DNA of 61,614 nucleotides, filler included. It is 9 parts of 9 records of this genome, joined end to end, with 100 filler letters (N's around TTAATTAATTAA, not from the genome) between each part and the next. Parts side by side here need not be neighbours in the genome. Positions count along the whole stretch, not along the records: positions 49,076 to 54,536 come from SRR31147125_164557; positions 54,637 to 61,614 come from SRR31147125_165325; 7 more parts are not named here. One strand, given 5' to 3'. Shown here one piece after another: positions 54,422 through 61,614 of the stretch; position 1 is the stretch's first letter; each line of letters begins with the position of its first letter. A model generated the notes under the pieces. The model did no database searches and had not been told where the DNA came from. It saw only the letters and a program-made list of their open reading frames with translations. A program made the position numbers and the translations under genes.

Positions 54422-54437
54422 AGCAACAAAGATGCCA
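54422..54437 (-). promoter_or_regulatory. Sigma54 (-24/-12) promoter of the tolC-tolC-cusB-cusA operon
   Basis: Minus strand TGGCATCTTTGTTGCT, with GG-N10-GC spacing, about 70 nt upstream of the first ATG. Confidence 0.7.
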
Positions 54438-54636
54438 TGCATGTCAAACTAAGGGGGGATTGATCTTGCGTAATCGGAAAAACTGGTTTAAAAACAGCCA
54501 GATATAGAACTCGTCAGTCATAAGTTCTCCGCAGCTNNNNNNNNNNNNNNNNNNNNNNNNNNNNNNNNNNNNNNNNNNNNTTAATTAATTAANNNNNNNN
54601 NNNNNNNNNNNNNNNNNNNNNNNNNNNNNNNNNNNN

Positions 54637-54706
54637 GGGGTCTGGAAGATTCCCGGAGCATGGTGAGGATGTGATTTTTCGGGCTGTCGGTTGGATTGTT
54701 AACCAT
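54637..54706 (-). CDS. Possible N-terminus of an HTH-containing protein (BirA/NadR-like), truncated
   Basis: MVNNPTDSPKNHILTMLRESSRP runs into the spacer; too short to identify. Confidence 0.25.
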
Positions 54707-54882
54707 TGGATATATGTAGGTTAACGTAATTGTGGCAATTTGGGAACAGGACTGCAATTAGGTCGAAAAAAGGGAACTGAAAAAAGGTTTATGGTTTCCG
54801 GCAGCCTTGTCAGGCTTCTTTGTAGAAAAAATAATGTATGTTTTATTGCATATTCAGCAATATTTTATGGTAGCATTCGGAC

Positions 54883-56262
54883 ATGAAAAAGCTAGTTTTC
54901 CTTCTTGTTGTCCTGTGCGTTGCAGCGACAGGGCTGTTCGCCGATGATTCCGCTCCCCGGATCATCTCTTCCATCGATGTCGTACAGAACGATCCTGTCC
55001 GGACCAGGGTGAGTGCTATCCTTGGCTACATAGACCTGGAGGAAGGCCAGATCTTCGATACCGCCGCTGATTTTTATGCCGCGGTGGAGAAGGAATTGCA
55101 GGATCTGAAGAACACACGGTATTTTGCCGAAGTCACCATGGACGTGACCGAAGGTGACACCGGCACCGACGGCAACGTTCCTGCCGGCATAACCATCACC
55201 ACCAGTGATGCCTGGACGCTGCTTCCGATTCCCTATCCCTTGCCTGACTCACAGATCGGCAAAAACGGCTGGGCTTTCGGACTGGAGATCAACTACAACA
55301 ATTTCCTGGGCACCATGACCAATTTCTACATGGACTCCAATGTGAAAGTGGCCTTCGGCGAGGATGAGAAGCTCCGGGTCTGGAAGATCAATCCCGAGCT
55401 CAGGGATGTGAAAATCGGCAGTCTTGTTTTCGATTTCAAACTCAAGCAGACCTATGAGATCGAGCAATCAACTGACACCGGCGGCGCCATCCTGCAGCAG
55501 TATTCCTTTTTTACCAGCCGGCTGGGTGTGGCGACCGATATTCAATTCGGTTCCGATTGGACTTACGGCTTCGAGCCGACCTTCCTGTTCAATTACGGTT
55601 ATGACTGGACAAGTGGTGATCGCCAGGTCACGGCCGGAGGCATCTATGAGCAGGTTGATGGGAAATACGTGAACCGTGAAGATCCCTTCAGCTTCACCTT
55701 TGATCACTTCATCAGGCAGGGTTCCATCAACTGGGATTCGACGTTCCGCCGTGGTTACGAACTGGAATTGAGCAACGAGAGCCAGTTCAATATCTCCAGG
55801 CCCGCGACAACCGACGAGAACGATTTCCTGTTCATCTCCGACCTGAACTTGTCTGCATCCTATTACCTGCCATTCGCAAAAGTCCTCAACTACTACACCA
55901 GAGGTCAGGCGCTCATGGTCTTCAACGAAATCAGAACGGGCCTCGGTGATGATTTGCGTGGTGTCAAGAACGACTCTATGTATGGCAATATGGCGTTCTA
56001 CTGGCAGAACACGTTGGTGATCCAGCCTCATCGGTCGAACAGCAAATTCAACTTCCAGTTCCATCCCTTTTTCGACGTCGGTATGGCATTCAACTACAAC
56101 AATCCCCAGGCCTTCAGCGATATGATCCGCATGGGTGTGGGTACCGAGCTGGTGATCATGCTCGGCGGTATCGATCTTCGCGGCCGTATCGGGCTGGATC
56201 CGATCAACTACGGTACCACCAAGTTCCTGGACTTCAGCTTCGGAACAGGACTGACGTACTAG
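54883..56262 (+). CDS. Omp85/BamA-TamA superfamily outer-membrane protein with a single POTRA-like domain
   Basis: Signal peptide; POTRA-like RTRVSAIL...LEEGQIF...LKNTRYFAEV; barrel with NFLG, LRGV, PFFDVG; terminal FGTGLTY. Confidence 0.75.
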   Translation: MKKLVFLLVVLCVAATGLFADDSAPRIISSIDVVQNDPVRTRVSAILGYIDLEEGQIFDTAADFYAAVEKELQDLKNTRYFAEVTMDVTEGDTGTDGNVPAGITITTSDAWTLLPIPYPLPDSQIGKNGWAFGLEINYNNFLGTMTNFYMDSNVKVAFGEDEKLRVWKINPELRDVKIGSLVFDFKLKQTYEIEQSTDTGGAILQQYSFFTSRLGVATDIQFGSDWTYGFEPTFLFNYGYDWTSGDRQVTAGGIYEQVDGKYVNREDPFSFTFDHFIRQGSINWDSTFRRGYELELSNESQFNISRPATTDENDFLFISDLNLSASYYLPFAKVLNYYTRGQALMVFNEIRTGLGDDLRGVKNDSMYGNMAFYWQNTLVIQPHRSNSKFNFQFHPFFDVGMAFNYNNPQAFSDMIRMGVGTELVIMLGGIDLRGRIGLDPINYGTTKFLDFSFGTGLTY

Positions 56263-56309
56263 GAGAAGTCATTCGTTCGGAACTTCCGGATTTGATCCTG
56301 AAACGGTTC

Positions 56310-56341
56310 AGGCGGGGCCCTCGCGGGGCTCCGCCTTTTTT
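56310..56341 (+). terminator. Intrinsic terminator between convergent genes
   Basis: AGGCGGGGCCC-TCGC-GGGGCTCCGCCT followed by a T-run. Confidence 0.75.
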
Positions 56342-56634
56342 CAACGAGCCGCGTAGGCCGCCAGGTCCCATATGGTGGGGGAAGGATCGCCGGAGAGTAT
56401 TTCAGCGACGGCAGCCATCAGTTCTTTGAAGGGGCCCAGGGCCATGAAATCCTCCGCGTTCGATTTGTCGGTCCAGGTACCCAGGGCCATGGCTTCGCCG
56501 TCACGGATGAGAAGCTGCATTCGGATGAATCCAGTCTGTTTGATCGCCAGGTTCAGAATCTTTTCTTCCCACAGACTCACGAAGTCCTGCATTGATTCGG
56601 TTTTCACCGGGTAAATCATTGTGGCGGTATACAT
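56341..56634 (-). CDS. Antibiotic biosynthesis monooxygenase (dimeric alpha-beta barrel) family protein
   Basis: 97 aa with QTGFIRMQLL...W..K..AE.F pattern; RBS GAGGAG. Confidence 0.7.
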   Translation of the reverse strand: MYTATMIYPVKTESMQDFVSLWEEKILNLAIKQTGFIRMQLLIRDGEAMALGTWTDKSNAEDFMALGPFKELMAAVAEILSGDPSPTIWDLAAYAAR

Positions 56635-56729
56635 GTTTTTCGCTCCTCGGGTTTTATTACAGAAAGACTAATACTATCTGGAGCCGGCTACCAGTTCGTG
56701 GTGTCCTCAGCCAGGTATCGAAGCCCTGG

Positions 56730-57673
56730 CTAGTCGCCGTCCTGGTGGCTCAGAACCTCAGCCAGAATCGTCGGACGGTTGGTGATGATCCCGTCCACAC
56801 CCATGTCCAGGAGCCGGGCCATTTCGTCCTCATCGTCGATCGTCCAGGCATGGACCGCCAGACCCTGTTCGTGGGCCCGCCGGATGAATCCTCTGGTGAT
56901 CACCTTCAGGCGGCCCTGTTTCACCGGTACCTGCAGGGCGGTGGCCCTGACACCTGAGAATCCGGCCAGTCCCAGCCGTCCCAGCAGCCAGAACCGGAGT
57001 ACCTCACTGCGGTCGGCTCCGGTGGCTATGTCGGGTGCCAACTCCCGGAAAGCCGACAGAATCTCCGGATTCGAGCTGACGATGAGCACATCGTCCTGTC
57101 GACGGTAGTCGTCCAGGAGGCTCCAGGCCGCCATCGCCGCTTCGGATCCCCCGGCCTTGATTTCCACCACCAGCGGAGTCGCCGGATAAGCCTTGAGTAT
57201 CTCCTCGAGGGTCAGCAGTTCCAGCCCTTCACCCCGCCAGGGAAAATCCTGTCCGGCGGGAATATTTTTTTCTCCACATCATCATTGGTGTGGTAAGGCC
57301 ACCAATAGCCCGCGTCCAGTTTTTTCAGCTCCGGGAGCGTCATCTCCGCTACGGCGCCGCTGCCGCTGGTCGTCCGGTCCACCCGGGAATCATGTATCAC
57401 CACCAGGTGACCGTCGGCTGACAGATGGACATCCATCTCAAGCACGTCGGCACCGGCTTCCAGACCGTGACGGAACGCCTCCGAGGTTTCATCCGGACTC
57501 TCCAGATTGCCGCCCTGGTGGGCGATATTCAGGGAGGTTCCCGGGCTGAATACCGGATGGGGCTCGGGAATGGACATCCTCGCGAATGTGCGGGAGGAGA
57601 GGTTTGCCAGCAGGTAGACGGCGATGATCAGGGCGATGATGCGGACAATTCGCCAGGCTTTTTCAGAAGTCAT
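56730..57673 (-). CDS. Glycerophosphodiester phosphodiesterase (frameshift at T-run ~57265)
   Basis: IAHQGG, LEMDVHLSADGHLVVIHD, VEIK, VHAWTID, GVDGIITNRP. Confidence 0.9.
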
Positions 57674-57806
57674 GATTCATCTTACTACAGTGCTTCGAAG
57701 ATTGGGGAAGAGGGAGTAATCGCGTTGAGTCGGCTTGTCTGGTACTGCTGCAGGGCCTCAGGATCGGACTATATGGTCCTCTCTATCGGGTTTTCCAAGC
57801 TTCGAT

Positions 57807-58040
57807 TCACTGAACCTTTATGACATAGCTGTCCGGATTGGCGAAATGTCCCTGAGGAGACGAAGGCTTCTGGGGTTTGTACATAAACTCGAAGCCCAGC
57901 TGTCCCAGCTTGTCCAGCGGGGTGGGGGCGGATTTCGGGTTGGCCGGTTTGGTGTTCCACAGGTCCAGTTGCATGTCGTCCGGTGCTCCTGTTCCTTTTT
58001 TCGGCCGAAATCCGGGGTCAGGTAAGGCTCCGGCGCTCAT
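57807..58040 (-). CDS. Small Pro/Lys-rich hypothetical protein (77 aa)
   Basis: ATGA overlap with the DUF3179 stop; fills the gap before the GDPD gene. Confidence 0.45.
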   Translation of the reverse strand: MSAGALPDPGFRPKKGTGAPDDMQLDLWNTKPANPKSAPTPLDKLGQLGFEFMYKPQKPSSPQGHFANPDSYVIKVQ

Positions 58041-59185
58041 TCTCCGGTGAAATAATGCCCGGAAAACCAGAAGTGCTGGATACCCACCAGGGCTTCCAGC
58101 TGTTCACCGGCTGCCGGTCCGGCGGTGGCGATGCCGGCGCCGCTCCAGGTGCTGCCGGTTACCGAATCCCGGAAGACGCCGGGTTCCAGCTGCTCGAACT
58201 CGGCTTTTTCACCCTGAACCACGGGACTGAAGGCATTGACGCTGCCGACTTCCCGGCCGGCGTAGACCGCAGTGGAGTCGAGGGCGGAGAAGGCTCCGGG
58301 GGCATACAGCAGTACGACGGGTTCGGTGCCCACCTCCAGGTGAAGGGAGCCGGATTCAATCGCGCGGCTGTAGGCGACCAGTTCTTCGCTGTCTCCAGCT
58401 TTCACCACGATGCTGCGCTCCATGGCCGGCCGGCTGTCGTCGATCGGCCCCTGGAAGAGGAAGGGGCGGGCGTCCTCGGCGTCGTATCCAGGGTAGGGAT
58501 TGTTGCCGTAGGGACGTGAATAGCCGGTCTGTTCGCTCAATACCCGGGCTTCTGGAGCGGCTTCAACCGCTTCGGCGAAGGATAGAGCCCGGGAGGGATG
58601 GAAGCGAAGGGACTCACCCGCGTATTCGCCGATCACTCCCTTGCCGGTGGCCTGCTGCCACCAGGATTCGCTCTGACGGTCGTACATCAGCAGGTTGCTG
58701 CCCTGCAGGTGACCGGTGGTGCCGAAGTCCAGCACGGTGTCGTCGAACTCGCGGTGGAAGACGATGCTCGTATTGCAGAGCGGGCAGAAGGTGATAGCCA
58801 GCGGTGTTTCGCCGACGCTGTCGTTGACGATTTCGTGCCAGGTGAGAATGCGGATGGGGTAGATGACGCTTTCGCCCCCGGCCTCGACCAGGATAACCTG
58901 TTCACCGGGGACCAGTCTGTCCCGCGCTTCGGCGATGCTTTGATGAACCGGATCGTCAACCGCCGGTATGCCGTCTTTCGGCGGTCCACCGGACATGATG
59001 GTTGCCGGATCGATATGAATCCTGCTGAAATCCGTAGAGAATCCCGGAACACTCCAGTCCCAGGTCGACTGGTCCGTCTTCGAATTCGCGTCTGTCGTCC
59101 CTTCGGTACTTCCTCCGCCGCAGGCTGAAACGCCTATCGTCACCAGGATTGCCAGGGCCGTCAGGTATCGTCCCGCGGTATTCAT
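58037..59185 (-). CDS. DUF3179-domain lipoprotein
   Basis: Lipobox VSAC; SGGPPKDGIPA, YPIRILTWHEIVND, TFCPLCN, FGTTG.L..SNLLMYDRQSESWWQQ, HFWF. Confidence 0.88.
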   Translation of the reverse strand: MNTAGRYLTALAILVTIGVSACGGGSTEGTTDANSKTDQSTWDWSVPGFSTDFSRIHIDPATIMSGGPPKDGIPAVDDPVHQSIAEARDRLVPGEQVILVEAGGESVIYPIRILTWHEIVNDSVGETPLAITFCPLCNTSIVFHREFDDTVLDFGTTGHLQGSNLLMYDRQSESWWQQATGKGVIGEYAGESLRFHPSRALSFAEAVEAAPEARVLSEQTGYSRPYGNNPYPGYDAEDARPFLFQGPIDDSRPAMERSIVVKAGDSEELVAYSRAIESGSLHLEVGTEPVVLLYAPGAFSALDSTAVYAGREVGSVNAFSPVVQGEKAEFEQLEPGVFRDSVTGSTWSGAGIATAGPAAGEQLEALVGIQHFWFSGHYFTGE

Positions 59186-59252
59186 ATATTAGAATATAAG
59201 TCATATAAGATGGTGATACCGGAATGTTGAGAAACTGTAATCCGGCCTGCTG

Positions 59253-60461
59253 TTACCGGAGATTGGCACCCAGCCAGCGGATCGTTCGAAGCCGTTCTTC
59301 CGGATAGTCTCCGGACCACCAGCCATGAGCCAGGCCGTCATTCAGTTCCACGGTCACCCCGGTGCCGCTGCCTTCGAGGGCGCTGGAGATGACCGGCAGG
59401 TGGTTGTGGAAATTGAACTCATCTTCGGTACCGCAGGTGAGCAGGATTCGCAGGTTATCCAGGCCTTCAGGCCGGATCTCTCCGGAGTGCAGGATGTCCA
59501 CCGGATTTACCGACGCCATCCGTTCCCACACCGGCATGTCCGCCGGCCAGACTGGCGCCGGGTCTTCCGATGTCTCCGGGCTGTCGGTGGCGAAGGCCTG
59601 GCCGATGAAGAAACTCTCGCTCACTCCGAAGAGTCCGATGCCGTCCAGGGCCATCATCGCCCGTCGGGGCCGATCGGTCCGGATCGGGGAATACTTCCGG
59701 GAATCATAGGCCGCGAGACGGCTGCCGGATGCCGCGAATCGAAGGTCGGCCATCGGATAGACCGCCGCTGCGGTATCGGCGAAGCCCTCCCGGGTCAGGG
59801 CATAGTACAGCGCCCCGTATCCGCCCATGGAGGTGCCGATCAACGCTGTGTCGGACGAATCGGAACTGATGTGATAGCGGTCGGTCAGCCAGGGCCGGAG
59901 ATGATCGAAGAACCAGCTTTCATAGGAGCCCAGGTTACTGTCGACGTACCAGCTGCCGGCCCGGCCGTCTCCCGGCCAGGCGCCTTCCGCCTCACCGTTG
60001 CCGGAGATGGAGAAGTCGGGCATCACCACTACCGACGGCGGCATACTCCCGTCGCGGATGCACTGTTCCAGTTCGGGTAGGAGGGTGCTCACCCAGGCAT
60101 AGGGACGATTGCCGAAGCCGTGCAGGGCATAGACGACTGGGTAGGGCTCTTCCCGTGCCGGATCATACTCCTGGGGAAGGTAGACCAGAACACAGCGGCC
60201 GGTTCCGAAGGGCCCGGCGGGCGGCCCGGCACCGTGCTCCCATCCGTCGAACGATGCCATCGGATCCTGGTCGTCGAAATGGCCTATCAGCCGGCCGTCG
60301 CCCTGCCAGTCCGCGTTCTCTTCCTTCGTCCAGGGAGCGAAGCGGGACACCAGCGAGTCGGGTAGTGTGATGGTGAAGGGGGTGACAGCGAAAAATAGGA
60401 CGAAAAGAATCCCCGCCGCCACTATCGCCGGGAGGATCCATCGCCTTCTGCTGCGGCCCAT
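59253..60461 (-). CDS. Membrane-anchored alpha/beta-hydrolase (esterase)
   Basis: N-terminal TM, VYLP..YD...YPVVYALHG, nucleophile GTSMGG, CGTEDE, HGW. Confidence 0.85.
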   Translation of the reverse strand: MGRSRRRWILPAIVAAGILFVLFFAVTPFTITLPDSLVSRFAPWTKEENADWQGDGRLIGHFDDQDPMASFDGWEHGAGPPAGPFGTGRCVLVYLPQEYDPAREEPYPVVYALHGFGNRPYAWVSTLLPELEQCIRDGSMPPSVVVMPDFSISGNGEAEGAWPGDGRAGSWYVDSNLGSYESWFFDHLRPWLTDRYHISSDSSDTALIGTSMGGYGALYYALTREGFADTAAAVYPMADLRFAASGSRLAAYDSRKYSPIRTDRPRRAMMALDGIGLFGVSESFFIGQAFATDSPETSEDPAPVWPADMPVWERMASVNPVDILHSGEIRPEGLDNLRILLTCGTEDEFNFHNHLPVISSALEGSGTGVTVELNDGLAHGWWSGDYPEERLRTIRWLGANLR

Positions 60462-60484
60462 CGCTTGTCCTTATGCCGAGGGAG

Positions 60485-60805
60485 CTAGATTGCTCCGCGT
60501 CTCGGGATATTGCCCGGTCTGCCGCCCTGGTTCTTCGGGCCGCCGCCTTTGGAATGGTCGGTATCCCCGGGTTTCCTGCTGTGGCCTTTCTTTGGTTTCT
60601 TGTCCGTGCCGTCTTCCGCCTTTTCGGCTTCCGCTTCAGCCGCCAGGGCGGCTTCCCGCTCATCGGCGGCTTTCTTCATCACGTCATGTTCCATCGCTTC
60701 ATCTTCGAAGAGGTGGCATTTCTTGTACTTTTTGCCGGAACCGCAGGGACAGGGATCGTTCCGTCCTGTGGATTTCAGCCGTTCTATCTGATCTTCTTTA
60801 CTCAT
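60485..60805 (-). CDS. SEC-C metal-binding domain protein
   Basis: [18 protein letters not shown] followed by a charged helix and a basic tail. Confidence 0.85.
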   Translation of the reverse strand: MSKEDQIERLKSTGRNDPCPCGSGKKYKKCHLFEDEAMEHDVMKKAADEREAALAAEAEAEKAEDGTDKKPKKGHSRKPGDTDHSKGGGPKNQGGRPGNIPRRGAI

Positions 60806-60879
60806 ATCGGGTGTTCCCCCTTGTCTTCAGTATGGTCCGTGGTGGGGTTCACTGGCAAATGCCCCCGGTCTTTACCCCT

Positions 60880-61614
60880 TCAGAAACCGGATACCGGCTC
60901 CAGGGGCAGCGGAGGGTAGACCTGGTCGGCACTGGGAGGCATCGAGTTGTACACCCAGTCGATATCAATCGACGCGGCGGCCATCCCCCGGATTTTTCTG
61001 ACCCCGGAGAACCGACCCCGGACGAGGATGTTCTCCAGGGTGAGTTTCGCGGCGAACACCGCTACTTTCGCGCCTTCGGGAATCTGCTTCAGCTCCGGGA
61101 AATGACGTCCTCCGGAAATCACCAGACGACGGCTGCCGGCGGGACGGCAGCTATGCACCGGGATGATGGACGGCCGGCCCGAATCATCGATCCACGCCAG
61201 GAAGCGCAGACCGATGGCGGCGGCGCAGATCTTCTCGCCGTAGGGTTTGAGGATCCTTCCGGCGGACTCGTCTTTCACCGCTCCGGCGGCAACGGCGCTT
61301 TTCAGGGAACCGAATCCCATGGATGCATAGCCGAATGGTTCCGGTCCCTGTACCTCCCGGAGCTTCAGGTAGTGAACCGCGTACACCGGAAAGTAGGCGT
61401 TGTAGCGATGCATCGGCATCTGTTTGTAGGATTCCAGTTCCGGGCCGCTGCGTTTCTCCTCCTGCCAGAGGGCCCGGCCCCGCCAGGTTTTCAGACCCTG
61501 CAGAGAAAGCATGGCGAAGGCCACCTCGGGACTCTCCTGCATGAATTCTTTGCTGCGGCCCCGGGCGAACTCACCGATGGTGAGGGTTTTCGGCGACCTG
61601 GGCATCAGCGAGGT
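60880..61614 (-). CDS. Hypothetical protein, possible pyridoxamine 5'-phosphate oxidase-like (split-barrel) domains; 5' truncated
   Basis: Long ORF running off the window; FLAWIDDSGRPSIIPV and SLQGLKTWRGRA segments resemble FMN split-barrel proteins. Confidence 0.5.
   Translation of the reverse strand, partial: TSLMPRSPKTLTIGEFARGRSKEFMQESPEVAFAMLSLQGLKTWRGRALWQEEKRSGPELESYKQMPMHRYNAYFPVYAVHYLKLREVQGPEPFGYASMGFGSLKSAVAAGAVKDESAGRILKPYGEKICAAAIGLRFLAWIDDSGRPSIIPVHSCRPAGSRRLVISGGRHFPELKQIPEGAKVAVFAAKLTLENILVRGRFSGVRKIRGMAAASIDIDWVYNSMPPSADQVYPPLPLEPVSGF

Noticed and set aside
6588..54636. Recurrent N-run/TTAATTAATTAA/N-run blocks at 6588-6687, 12551-12650, 19147-19246, 26852-26951, 32645-32744, 38572-38671, 48976-49075 and 54537-54636
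   Set aside because: These are artificial 100-nt linkers with stops in all six frames. Adjacency across them, including bacteria next to a eukaryote, is not biological and not evidence of gene transfer.
6900..57275. Apparent programmed frameshifts, phase variation or pseudogenes in the membrane protein, methyltransferase, GT2, DUF2142, acyltransferase, GRP porter, rlmKL, kdsA, second tolC and GDPD
   Set aside because: Each break I resolved is repaired by adding one base to a short homopolymer. They occur in unrelated contigs and include the housekeeping gene kdsA, which is the signature of homopolymer sequencing error. Read mapping would confirm this.

Overview
This window is not one locus. 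It is nine unrelated metagenomic contigs joined by artificial 100-nt N...TTAATTAATTAA...N spacers. Taxonomic labels are impressions from protein families and composition. (1) 1-6587, Desulfuromonadales-like: octaheme tetrathionate-reductase-family cytochrome (missed by the ORF track), ftsK, uppP, rnj, plsC. (2) 6688-12550, Desulfobacterales-like surface-glycosylation cluster. (3) 12651-19146: TtpC-type TonB operon, decayed MMPL and TonB-receptor remnants, and a cobalamin riboswitch. (4) 19247-26851, an intron-rich eukaryote: large ARM-repeat gene, Yar1-like ankyrin gene, a tRNA 3' half, microsatellites. (5) 26952-32644: ribokinase, GRP-family transporter, exported ADP-ribosylglycohydrolase, Tat sulfatase. 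(6) 32745-38571, Bacteroidota starch-type PUL (susD, susE-like, susF-like, amylase). (7) 38672-48975, Desulfobulbales-like: rlmKL, orphan oleA, AMMECR1, nikR, tsaA, lptC, kdsC, kdsA, pyrG. (8) 49076-54536: metal-efflux operon with two TolC genes, cusB, cusA and a sigma54 promoter. (9) 54637-61614, spirochaete-like: Omp85 protein, GDPD, DUF3179, esterase, SEC-C protein. Many genes are split by single-base homopolymer deletions that look like sequencing errors. I found no CRISPR array, intact mobile element or unambiguous new system. The best leads are the exported-ARH/ribose-uptake module, the orphan OleA, a degenerate RlmK domain, a small coupled ORF with two clamp-binding-like motifs, and the lone tRNA half.
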